Made by a program: the position numbers and the translations under genes. 64,000 nucleotides of DNA. It comes from Candidatus Latescibacterota bacterium. GTDB taxonomy: Bacteria > Latescibacterota > UBA2968 > UBA8231. The notes under the pieces were generated by a model. The model had not been told where the DNA came from and did not search any database. It saw only the letters and a program-made list of their open reading frames with translations. The stretch spans positions 608,001 through 672,000 of the forward strand of contig CBDCSU010000005.1 in NCBI GenBank assembly GCA_965221775.1, in the 5' to 3' direction. Shown here in pieces: positions 34,195 through 43,342 of the stretch; the stretch's first letter is position 1, and each line of letters opens with the position of its first letter.

Positions 34195-34950
34195 ATGCGC
34201 TTCCGCCCCTGCATCGACCTCCACGAAGGACGGGTGAAGCAGATCGTCGGCGGCAGCCTGCGCGAGGGCGAGGCGCCGCGGACGAACTTCGACGCCGGCA
34301 GGCCCCCGGCGTACTACGCGGACCTCTACCGGCGCGACGGCCTGCCCGGCGGCCACGTGATCATGCTCGGCCCCGGGAACGAGGCGGCCGCCGCCGAGGC
34401 CCTGGCCGCCTTCCCCGGCGGCCTGCAGGTTGGCGGCGGCATCGACCCCGGCAACGCAGCCGACTGGCTCGACCGGGGAGCCGCCGCCGTCATCGCCACC
34501 TCCTTCGTCTTCCGAGGCGGCAGCTTCCGGCCCGGCGCCCTGCGGGAGCTGTCCGCGGCTGCCGGCCGCGAGCGCCTTGTCCTCGACCTCAGCTGCGCTC
34601 CCCTGGAGGACGGCCGCTACGTCGTCGCCGCCGACCGCTGGCAGCGCCTCACCGACTTCGAGATCACCCGGGACGGACTTGAGCGGCTGGCCGAGCACTG
34701 CTCTGAGTTCCTCGTCCACGCCACCCAGGTGGAGGGTCTGCAGGAAGGCGTGGACGAGCGCCTCGTCGCCCTGCTGGCCGAGACCTCCCCCCTGCCCACG
34801 ACCTACGCCGGCGGCGTGCGCTCCCTGGCCGACGTGGACCGCATCGCCGAGCTGGGCGGCGGACGCCTGGACTACACGGTGGGCAGCGCCCTGGACTTGT
34901 TCGGGGGTTCGGGGGTGAGGTACGCGGACCTCGTGGAGCGGGAACCCTGA
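34195..34950 (+). CDS. hisA: ProFAR isomerase, HIS6 (eukaryote-like) type
   Basis: MRFRPCIDLHEGRVKQIVGG; GGHVIMLG; LDLSC; TVGSALD. Confidence 0.92.
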   Translation: MRFRPCIDLHEGRVKQIVGGSLREGEAPRTNFDAGRPPAYYADLYRRDGLPGGHVIMLGPGNEAAAAEALAAFPGGLQVGGGIDPGNAADWLDRGAAAVIATSFVFRGGSFRPGALRELSAAAGRERLVLDLSCAPLEDGRYVVAADRWQRLTDFEITRDGLERLAEHCSEFLVHATQVEGLQEGVDERLVALLAETSPLPTTYAGGVRSLADVDRIAELGGGRLDYTVGSALDLFGGSGVRYADLVEREP

Positions 34951-35001
34951 CAATTCGGGAGCGAACTCCAGAATTATCATGAGGATTCGGGAGTTCGGGC
35001 G

Positions 35002-35802
35002 GTGAACCTCGCATCCTTCACGGGCCCTCCGGCCTTCGGCAAGGCCTACCGGCAGATGCTCGACAACGACTCCCACGCCCCCGGGAGCGTCGACCGCGAG
35101 ATCGCGTCGAGCATGGTGAGGCTCCGCGAGGAGACGGCCTCTCACCTCTACGGCGCGTACACGGATCTGCACATCGGGTATGTCGCGGGATCCCGTCCCG
35201 GTCTCGAGGACTTCCTCTCCCGGACTGAACCGTCAGACGCCGACCCTGCGCGGCAGGTGGCCGCCATCGCCGAGCTCACCTCCGGCCTGGCAGCGAAGGG
35301 GCCGGACGACGGAATGTCCGCGATGAGGTTTGGAGGTTCCGAAGAGGAGATCATCGAGAGGGGCTCGGACTGGTGCACCGACGTGGCTCGAGTGGGGTGC
35401 GCGCTGTACCAAGTGGCCGGATACCCGGCCCGCATGGTGCATCTCTTCAACCTGAATGCGGCCTACAGCGGCCATGTGATCGTCGAGGTCCACCGGTCCG
35501 GGACCTGGGGTGCCGTCGACACCAGCTCGGGCGTCGTCTACCGGCTGGGCGATGGAATGCCCGCGACGACCTGGGATCTCATGAACGACGCAGAGCTGGT
35601 GGTCCAGCACCAGGGCCCCGAAGTGTGGTACACACACCCGGAGCAGTTCGCGGCGGCGGGCATCGCCAACTACCACCTGCGGGACTCGGACCGGTATGGC
35701 TTCACGGTGGCCGGGGTGAACGACTACTACCGCGCCATCCTGTCCATGGCCGGCCGGGGCTGGCCGGGCGGCCTCCGCTGGCTCCACGCCGAAGACGGAT
35801 GA
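35002..35802 (+). CDS. Transglutaminase-like (Cys-His-Asp) protein
   Basis: DWCTDVAR..AGYPAR..GHVIVEV..WGAVD. Confidence 0.75.
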   Translation: MNLASFTGPPAFGKAYRQMLDNDSHAPGSVDREIASSMVRLREETASHLYGAYTDLHIGYVAGSRPGLEDFLSRTEPSDADPARQVAAIAELTSGLAAKGPDDGMSAMRFGGSEEEIIERGSDWCTDVARVGCALYQVAGYPARMVHLFNLNAAYSGHVIVEVHRSGTWGAVDTSSGVVYRLGDGMPATTWDLMNDAELVVQHQGPEVWYTHPEQFAAAGIANYHLRDSDRYGFTVAGVNDYYRAILSMAGRGWPGGLRWLHAEDG

Positions 35803-35817
35803 ACACTGCTGTATCCC

Positions 35818-36585
35818 ATGGAACGGTCTGACACGTCAGAAGAGGGCCGTTACTTCGCCTCGGTCGCCGAGACCTACGATCGGCTTCAGCCCGTGCTGAG
35901 CCCTCCCTACGAGAGAGGCCTTGGGATGATCGTCGACCTCATCCCCTTCGATCCCGAGGAGGCCTTCGAGTTCGTCGATCTCGGGTGCGGCACGGCGGAA
36001 CCGAGCCTTCGCGTGCTGCAACACTTCCCCCATGCCACCGGTACCTGCATCGACAGCGAGCCGGGGATGCTCTCAATCGCCAAGGAGAAGCTCGCCGCGT
36101 TTACAGGCCGGGCGGAGGTCCTGCCGGGGGACATGACCCGCTGCGAGATCCCCGGGTGCGACGTGGTGCTCTCGGCCAAGGCCGTTCACCACGTGTCCCC
36201 GGACGACCTCTCCGCCCTGTTCGCCAGGATCCGCGGCGCCATCCGGCCCGGCGGATGCTTCATCCTCTACGACGCCATGTCACTGGGACCTGCCTGGGGG
36301 CCGGGTGCCCGGCAGCTGGCGTCACGCTTCCGCGAGCGTCACGTGAGGCGCGCCGTCGCCGCGGGGATCGCCACGGAGGAGGAGATCGAGCTCAGGCGGG
36401 ACTACAAGCGGAGGATGAAGGCCGCGGGAAAGGACGTCGAGTACGAGCACGGGGCGGAGGGGTTGATGCGCAGGATGGAGGAGGCCGGCTTCGACGAGGT
36501 GGCCGTCGCCTGGCGGATGTTCGCCGACACGATCCTGGTGGCCTTCAGTCAAGGAGAACCGGAGCCGACGCTGTCCGGCACATGA
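35818..36585 (+). CDS. Class I SAM-dependent methyltransferase
   Basis: VDLGCGTA; AVHH; IRPGG. Confidence 0.85.
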   Translation: MERSDTSEEGRYFASVAETYDRLQPVLSPPYERGLGMIVDLIPFDPEEAFEFVDLGCGTAEPSLRVLQHFPHATGTCIDSEPGMLSIAKEKLAAFTGRAEVLPGDMTRCEIPGCDVVLSAKAVHHVSPDDLSALFARIRGAIRPGGCFILYDAMSLGPAWGPGARQLASRFRERHVRRAVAAGIATEEEIELRRDYKRRMKAAGKDVEYEHGAEGLMRRMEEAGFDEVAVAWRMFADTILVAFSQGEPEPTLSGT

Positions 36586-36636
36586 TACGGCAGGCTACCT
36601 CGACGGACTCACCGTCCTCCGATCTCGAGGAACGCC

Positions 36637-36968
36637 CTACGAGATCGCCAGGAACGCGGCTCCCGCCTCGGACCCGAAAACGAGCACCCCTGTCCGGTTG
36701 GACCGAAGCAACGCCTCGATGTCCGCCGTGGTGCAGTTGCCTCGGCGGATCCAGATGACCTTCGGAGGCGGCCCTCGAAGGAAGCTCACCTGGTGAAAGT
36801 CCGAGTCCTTCGAGACGATGGTGAGGTCATGCTCCTTGGCGTAGTCCCAGACCGCCGCGTCGCTCGCACGGGACAAGCCGACATCGCGGACGTGGACGGA
36901 GCCCGGGAACACGTCCGACAGACCGCCGACCAGGCGCGGGGACAGGTTCGCGTCGAAAGGAGCTTCAC
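36637..36968 (-). pseudogene. DUF5615 PIN-like toxin with a 1-nt deletion after codon 4
   Basis: GTG AAG CTC CTT then an out-of-frame TTC GAC GCG AAC (MKLL-FDANLSPRL); SKDSDF; PPKVIWIRRGN. Confidence 0.85.
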
Positions 36969-37192
36969 CCGGGCGGGATCGAAACGAGCCTGCGTTCACG
37001 CTCCGCCGCGAAGGCGAGCGCCGCCCGGATGTCGGCGCGCTCCAAGTCCGGGAAATCGGCCAGGATCTCGGCCTCCGTCATCCCGGCCGCCAAGTACTCG
37101 AGGACATCGTACACCGTGATCCTGAGCCCGCGAATGCACGGCTTCCCGCCCCTCTTCCCCGGCTCCAGCGTGATGCGATCCAGTTTGCCCAT
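36965..37192 (-). CDS. DUF433 antitoxin
   Basis: RITLEPGKRGGKPCIRGLRITVYDVLEYLA..DFPDL. Confidence 0.92.
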   Translation of the reverse strand: MGKLDRITLEPGKRGGKPCIRGLRITVYDVLEYLAAGMTEAEILADFPDLERADIRAALAFAAERERRLVSIPPG

Positions 37193-37198
37193 GCCGGC

Positions 37199-38533
37199 TC
37201 ACCCGCCCCCCGTCCACTTCAGATACAGGTTGACCGCCGTGAAGTTGACGATCGCCCAGAGGCTGGCCATCAGGCCCAGCTCCAGCCACATCGACATGCG
37301 CCGGTCCGCCGCCTCGCGCATGGCCAGGTGGAGGACGCCGAAGGCGAGGGGGATGAGCAGCAGGTTGTTGGCGTTGGCCCCGAGCAGCACCAGCAGGAAG
37401 GGGGTATCCGACTTGACTAGGATCACCAGCAGCCAGAAGGCTGGGAACGCCACCTGCAGGGCGCGGGCAACGCGCATGCGCCCGGTCTCGCCGGCGGCGG
37501 CAGGCAGCTTCAGGCGCTGCAGGAAGTCGGCGCCGATCCGCCCGGAGCTGGCGGCGAAGACCAGCAGGGTCGAGAACAGGGTGCAGAAGGCGCCGAACAT
37601 GAAGACCGCCTTGGCCGCCGGCCCCAGGGTCTCGGTGAAGATCAGGGAGACGCGGTCGGCCACGTCGATCCCCGCGGGCAGGACCTGCAGGCGCGACAGC
37701 ACCGAGGCGCCGAGCAGGTAGTAGGCGCAGGTGATGGCCAGGGCGATCGCCGTGCACACCCCGGCGTCGGTGGCCAGGACCCGCATCCAGCCTCGGTAGC
37801 GGGCGCGCCACTCGGGGGTGCCGTCGTCGGGGCCGACGAAGCGCGGATAGCCTTTCTCGCGCACCCAGTAGGGATACATGAACAGCTCCACCGCGGTGGC
37901 CCCCACCGAGCCCATCACCGCCAGGGCCACGAAGGCGCCCTCGGCGGGCATCTCGAAGCGGAACCCCGAGGCCACCTCGGCCGCCGACATGGCGTGGGGG
38001 GTGGTCTGCAGGACGATCAGGCAGCCGATGACGATGGTGCTGAAAGTGGCTACCAGGACGGCGACCATCTTTTCCAGGTCCTGGTACAGCCCCCGCCACA
38101 ACAGCACGGTCATCACCACGAAGACCAGCACCGCCCACGCCTGGTAGGGGAGGACGGGCAGCACCGACTGCATGAGTCCCGCCACCGAGCCGAGGATGCC
38201 GATGACGGCGATGAAGACCGAGAAGTAGCCGGCCACGCAGATCCAGGTGGCCAGCGAGACGCCGCCGGGACGGAACCCGGGGAGCCGGTCGAGGGCGTCG
38301 ATGGTGGTGTCGTCGTGGAGCAGGCACTGGCGGCCGAGCTCGAGCTGGATGAAGAACTTGACGACGCAGGCCAGGATCACCCCCCAGAGGAAGACGAAGC
38401 CGACCTCGGCGCCCATGCGGGTGGTCACCAGCAGCTCGCCGGAACCGACCACCGAGCCGGAGACCACGACCCCCGGCCCGATGTTGCGCAGCAGGCCCCA
38501 CAATCCCCGGGGCGGCGGACGCCTGGCGCTCAC
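37199..38533 (-). CDS. Nramp-like (APC superfamily) transporter
   Basis: IGPGVVVSGSVVGSGEL; about 11 TM helices; YPYWVREKG. Confidence 0.8.
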   Translation of the reverse strand: MSARRPPPRGLWGLLRNIGPGVVVSGSVVGSGELLVTTRMGAEVGFVFLWGVILACVVKFFIQLELGRQCLLHDDTTIDALDRLPGFRPGGVSLATWICVAGYFSVFIAVIGILGSVAGLMQSVLPVLPYQAWAVLVFVVMTVLLWRGLYQDLEKMVAVLVATFSTIVIGCLIVLQTTPHAMSAAEVASGFRFEMPAEGAFVALAVMGSVGATAVELFMYPYWVREKGYPRFVGPDDGTPEWRARYRGWMRVLATDAGVCTAIALAITCAYYLLGASVLSRLQVLPAGIDVADRVSLIFTETLGPAAKAVFMFGAFCTLFSTLLVFAASSGRIGADFLQRLKLPAAAGETGRMRVARALQVAFPAFWLLVILVKSDTPFLLVLLGANANNLLLIPLAFGVLHLAMREAADRRMSMWLELGLMASLWAIVNFTAVNLYLKWTGGG

Positions 38534-38850
38534 CCGCGGGTCTCCGGGCGGGCGGGGTACGGGCCGCGGGGGAACTCCCCGCCCCGAGGCGCGGCTTGAG
38601 CCCCGTGCTCCGGGCGGCGGCTCCGGCGGCCCGGGAATCCCTCGTCCGCCGCGGGTCGGGTCCCGGGCTGGCCCGGGGTGGCCCCCTGTCCGGCGATCAG
38701 CGCTGCCATCGGCCCTCCTTCCAGGTGAGCGTCGCCCCTCATCTACGCAGATCGCCGCCGCCCGGCAAGGCGGGAACGCCGGCGGAGCCGGGTCACCGCT
38801 TGCCCGTTTCCGTGAGGCCGGCTTTCGTTGACCGCAGGAAAGGAGCCGCC

Positions 38851-39603
38851 ATGCTGTCCACCGAGCAGACCGAACGCTTTCACGTCGAGGGATACCTGAT
38901 CCTCGACCCGTGCCTGGAGGAGGAAGAGTTGGAGGCCCTGCGCGAGCGCGTGCGCGGGATCGCCGATGGCGACCTCGACTTCCCCGAGAGCTCCGTCGAG
39001 TACGAGCCCGGGGCCTCGGGCCGGCGCATGGCGAGCCTGCGCAAGATCAACCACCCCAGCCGCCACGACTCGTTCTTCGTCGACCACGCCCGCCATCCGC
39101 GCATCCTCGAGGCGATGGTCGACCTCCTGGGCGAGGACATCAAGCTCTTCGGCGACCAGCTGTTCATGAAGCCCCCCGGCGGCATCGAGAAGACCTACCA
39201 CCAGGACTGCCCCTACTTCCCCGTCCGCCCCATGGAGGTGATCACCGCCTGGGTCGCCCTCGACGAGGTGACCGTGGAGAACGGCTGCATGTACGTGGTG
39301 CCGGGCAGCCACAAGCTCGGCGCCGTCGACCACAGCGAGCCGTGGATGGTGGGCGAGCGCAAGGACATGAAGATCCCCGACGCCGCCATCGACCGGGAGC
39401 GGGAGCGGCCCGTGACCCTGCGCGCCGGGGGCTGCTCCTTCCACCACGGCCTGATCCAGCACCGCTCCGGCGCCAACCGCACGCAGAGCTTCCGCCGCGG
39501 CCTGGCCACCCACTACATGACGGCGAAGTCCCGCTGGGTCGGAGAGGGCGAGCGGCCCGGCTACCACCTGCTCAGCGGCCGGGAGTACGAAGGCTGCGTC
39601 TGA
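38851..39603 (+). CDS. PhyH-family dioxygenase
   Basis: RBS AAGGAG; YHQD; WVALDEVTVENGCMYVVPGSH; HRSGAN. Confidence 0.9.
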   Translation: MLSTEQTERFHVEGYLILDPCLEEEELEALRERVRGIADGDLDFPESSVEYEPGASGRRMASLRKINHPSRHDSFFVDHARHPRILEAMVDLLGEDIKLFGDQLFMKPPGGIEKTYHQDCPYFPVRPMEVITAWVALDEVTVENGCMYVVPGSHKLGAVDHSEPWMVGERKDMKIPDAAIDRERERPVTLRAGGCSFHHGLIQHRSGANRTQSFRRGLATHYMTAKSRWVGEGERPGYHLLSGREYEGCV

Positions 39604-39714
39604 GCGCGGGCGCCTGAAGGGCCGCGGGGCCCGCTCGGGGAACGGCCCTCCGGCAACCTTCCGGGCCCGCTCGGGCCCGCGGATCCAGTCCGCGCCACCT
39701 GACCCGCCGCCGGC

Positions 39715-40737
39715 TCAGCCCGGCGCCTGGCGGTCCAGACTCTCCAGCAGCACCCGGGCCTTCTCGCGGCGCCCGGGATCCTTGTCGCGGGCGACGATCC
39801 GCTGCAGGGTCGAGCGCGCCCGCGGGTCCCCCTTCTCGGCCATCTCCAGGGCCATGGCGTCCCGCTTCGCGTGGTAGCTGGGGTCGTACTCCTTCAGGTC
39901 CAGGCTGCGCCCCTCCCAGTAGAAGCGGTACGGCGAGTCGGGCCTCCAGCCGGCGTAGATCTCTTCCCACGTCTGGGGCCGCGTGAAGGGCATCAGCGTC
40001 TCCGGCGCGATCGGGTCGCCGACGCGCTGGAAGCGGGCGTCGAAGGACATGCGCAGGCGCTCGGAGACGTTGGGAACGCCCCGGTGCACGGCGAGGCTGT
40101 GGAAGAACAGGATGTCGCCCTGGGCGAAGGGACCGCCGCGCCAGGTGCCGTCGAAGGAGCGGGTGATCTCGATGCCGCCGGCGCCGAGACCCGGCCGGAA
40201 GTCGTAGACCCCGCCCAGATGCGAGCCCTCGGCGATCTGGACGCCGCCCATCTCCGCGGACAGGTCCGAGAGCGGGATCCAGGCGGTGTACGTCGACTCC
40301 GTGCCCTGGATGGGGATGAAGTCCTGGTGTGGCGGGGTCGTGTACGCCTCCCGCTGCGGGAAGATGGCCCGCGGGATCAGCCTCGGGTGGGGCAGGACCT
40401 CGGCGCCGCCGCACAGGCGCCCGAGCAGGCTCAGCAGCCCCGGGTCGTGCTGCAGGGCGTGAAACTCCTCCAGCCCGTGGACGGCGCGGATCACGGCCAT
40501 GTACTCCGGCTGCGGCTCGACCGTGAAGCCGTCGAGATCGGCCAAGGCCTCGGCGGGGTCCGTGTTGTCCAGGAGCCAGCCGGCGTCGCCGGCAAAGCCG
40601 AGGAAGCGCCGGCGCACGCTCTCCAGGTGATCGGCGGGCAGCAGGTTCCGCACGAAGAGGTAGCCGTCGCGGTCCATGCGCCGCGCCAGCTCGGGGCCGT
40701 CGTCGACGGCGTCGGTGGAATCGAGAAACGGTTTCAC
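39715..40737 (-). CDS. PhyH-family dioxygenase
   Basis: RDGYLF; PHQD; WIPLSD; FHSLAVH; RMSFDARF. Confidence 0.88.
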   Translation of the reverse strand: MKPFLDSTDAVDDGPELARRMDRDGYLFVRNLLPADHLESVRRRFLGFAGDAGWLLDNTDPAEALADLDGFTVEPQPEYMAVIRAVHGLEEFHALQHDPGLLSLLGRLCGGAEVLPHPRLIPRAIFPQREAYTTPPHQDFIPIQGTESTYTAWIPLSDLSAEMGGVQIAEGSHLGGVYDFRPGLGAGGIEITRSFDGTWRGGPFAQGDILFFHSLAVHRGVPNVSERLRMSFDARFQRVGDPIAPETLMPFTRPQTWEEIYAGWRPDSPYRFYWEGRSLDLKEYDPSYHAKRDAMALEMAEKGDPRARSTLQRIVARDKDPGRREKARVLLESLDRQAPG

Positions 40738-40876
40738 GCTCTCCCCCGTGGGTGAGGTAGTGGGCTTGGTGCGCCGTCAAAGGTAGGACATGGCGGCGGG
40801 GAGCCGCAGGCGCCGCAGCCCCGAGGGGCACCGGCTTCTCGGCCGCCCGCCCGCGCCCGGAGCCATGGTGTCGGCT

Positions 40877-41290
40877 CTCGCTGCAGCCGCCAGAACACGC
40901 CTGAGCCCGGTGTCTGCCGCCGGCATGGGGTAGCCCATCGGCGCTGCATCCACCGCCGGCCCCCGGGCGGTCCTGTCGGCTGCGCCCATCCGCCAACGCC
41001 CGGCATCCGCCCGCTGCCCACCGCCGGCGTGGGGCGCCGTTTCGCTGCGGGCGCCAAGAACCGCCTGAACCCGGTGTCTACCGCCGGCCTGGGGGTAGCC
41101 CATCGGCACTGCATCCACCGCCGGCCCCCGGGCGGTCCTGTCGGCTGCGCCCATCCGCCAACGCCCGGTATCCGCCCGCTGCCCACGCCGGCATGGGGCG
41201 CCCCCTTCGCTGCGGGCGCCAGGAACCGCCTGAGCCCGGTGTCTACCGCCGGCATGGGGTAGCCCATCGGCGCTGCATCCACCGCCGGCC
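40877..41290. repeat. Intergenic tandem repeat, about 164-165 bp unit, about 2.5 copies
   Basis: CGCCTGA(G/A)CCCGGTGTCT recurs at 40898, 41062 and 41227, with near-identical following sequence. Confidence 0.92.
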
Positions 41291-41454
41291 GTCGGCTGCG
41301 GGCTCCTCCTTTGGCCCTCCGCCCCGCCCTCCGGTATGTTGTCGGCTCTCAAGCGCAGCCGGCCTGACCCGCATCGACCCGGTGCCACCGCCGGGCATCG
41401 GGTCAATGGCCAGCTCGCCGATAGCCGCGGCAACCCGCCCTTGGAGGACCAAAG

Positions 41455-43335
41455 ATGATCTCTCCCGCCCTGGCGCCCGATCCACCCCGGCTCCGACGGA
41501 TTCGCCTCTCCCTGTGCGTTCTCGCCGCCGCCGGGATCCTCGCGGCTCTTCCGGCCGGCGCGGAAACCCTGCACGAGGGCCTGCCCGAGGGGCCGGGTCT
41601 CCTGCTCGAGGACCGCGGCGGCCGTATCTACGCCGCTGTCCCCGGCCCGGCGGGCGTGGTCGCCCGGGGCGGCGACGACGGCGGCTGGGAGACCTTCGCC
41701 GAGGGCCGCCTGGGCGGCCTGCAGATCACCCCGGACGGCGACCTGTGGATCGCCCTCGGGGACGAGGTCCTGCGCTACCCGCGGGCCGGGGGCTCCCCGG
41801 TCTCCCGCACCCCGTCCTTCCGTCCGGAGGGGCCGCCTGGACCGCTGCTGGCCACCCGCTGGGGAGATGTCTGGTGTGTCGGGTGCGCCGACGTCCGCCG
41901 GGGCGACGCCATGTTCCAGGCCGCCCCCCTGGCCCCGCCGGGGTGGGAGATCACGCCGGTCTGCGACGATCCCTTCGGCAACGTCTGGGCCGTGGCCGCC
42001 GACGGCGAGCGGCTGGACCTGGCCGTGCTCACCGACCGGGGTCCCCATGCCTGGCAGCGCCTCGACCTGCCGGCGGACCTGCTCACCGGCCCCTGGAGCG
42101 GCGCGGCCGACGACGACGCCGGCTTCGTCTGGGCGGCGGCGGGGAACACCCTCGTGCGCGCCGACGCGCGCACCGCCGGCCACCGCTCCTTTGCCAGCCC
42201 CGTGGACGCCCCCATCACCGCCGTCGCCCGCGGCGGCGGCCAGCTGCTGGTGGGCTTCGGCGACGGCAGCCTGCGCGAGCTGCTGGTCAACGCCGACGAC
42301 CCGCCCGACTGGCGCGACGTCCTGCCGCCGGGCGAGGGCCCGGTGCGGGCCATCCTGCACGCCGGCTCCGGCGGTCTCTGGGTGCTGCGGGCAGGACAGG
42401 TACAGCGCTTCGCCGACCTCCAGCAGCCCTGGCACTCCCACTGGGAGGAGCTGCCCCTCATGCCGGCGGGCAACCACGACAACATCTTCGCCCGCATCGG
42501 CGACCGCCTCTACACCGCCGGCGGCAAGACCTTCTTCGGATGGCCCGCCGACGAGTGGGTCAACCTCGACCACGTCTGGTCCTACCACGTCCCCACCGGC
42601 ACCTGGCGCGTGGAGGCGCCCATGCTGGAGCCCGGCAAGGCCTACTCCGGCATCGCCGTCCTCGAGGACGAGCTGTGGCTGTTGGGGGGCCTCTTCCGCC
42701 ACGGCGAGGGCGACGCCACGAGGCCCACGGCGACGGTGGAGATCTTCGATCCGGCGACGCAGCGCTACCGCCTCGGCCCGCCCCTGCCGCAGAAAGCCGG
42801 ACAAGTGGTGGCTCTCAGCGCCGCGGGGCGGCTCTACGGCGTCGGCGGCGCCGCCGAGGAAGAGCACCTGGCGCAGCTCCTCAGCATCGGCCCCGGCGAA
42901 ACCGACTGGCGCGTCGACACCCCGCCCCCGGGTACCGTGTACCAGGCCAGCGGCTGCGTCCTCGACGACCGCCTCTACATCGCCGCGGGACCCAAGAGCC
43001 AGTGCCCGGGCCTGTTCATCTACGACCCCGGCCGGGACCGCTGGAGCGAGGTGGACCACCCGGTCAAGGCGCCGAACGCCCCCCTGTGCACGGCCTTCGA
43101 GAATCGCGTCTGGGTGCTGGGCGGGCAGGCCGACGGCGGCCGTACCGAGAGCTACGCCTACGACCCGGCCAGCGGCGACTGGACCCGCGGACCCGACCTG
43201 CCCCTGAGGCTGAGCTGGGCGGCGGCGGCCGACGCCGACGGCCGGCTGCTGGTGGCGGGCGGGGCGTTCTGGGACGACCGCGTCAACGACGTGCTCAACA
43301 CGGACCGGGTGTTCCTGATGCGGTCGGTCCCTTAG
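41455..43335 (+). CDS. Secreted double beta-propeller protein with C-terminal Kelch repeats
   Basis: Signal peptide; repeated LYxxGG / YDP..W Kelch motifs. Confidence 0.8.
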   Translation: MISPALAPDPPRLRRIRLSLCVLAAAGILAALPAGAETLHEGLPEGPGLLLEDRGGRIYAAVPGPAGVVARGGDDGGWETFAEGRLGGLQITPDGDLWIALGDEVLRYPRAGGSPVSRTPSFRPEGPPGPLLATRWGDVWCVGCADVRRGDAMFQAAPLAPPGWEITPVCDDPFGNVWAVAADGERLDLAVLTDRGPHAWQRLDLPADLLTGPWSGAADDDAGFVWAAAGNTLVRADARTAGHRSFASPVDAPITAVARGGGQLLVGFGDGSLRELLVNADDPPDWRDVLPPGEGPVRAILHAGSGGLWVLRAGQVQRFADLQQPWHSHWEELPLMPAGNHDNIFARIGDRLYTAGGKTFFGWPADEWVNLDHVWSYHVPTGTWRVEAPMLEPGKAYSGIAVLEDELWLLGGLFRHGEGDATRPTATVEIFDPATQRYRLGPPLPQKAGQVVALSAAGRLYGVGGAAEEEHLAQLLSIGPGETDWRVDTPPPGTVYQASGCVLDDRLYIAAGPKSQCPGLFIYDPGRDRWSEVDHPVKAPNAPLCTAFENRVWVLGGQADGGRTESYAYDPASGDWTRGPDLPLRLSWAAAADADGRLLVAGGAFWDDRVNDVLNTDRVFLMRSVP

Positions 43336-43342
43336 TCAGCCG

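Noticed and set aside
39604-39714. Further gene-end echoes (also 34120-34190 and 53700-53755)
   Set aside because: Similarity is too short or weak to separate from GC-rich background by eye.
40877-41290. CRISPR array
   Set aside because: Whole 165-bp units repeat, with no unique spacers and no cas genes.
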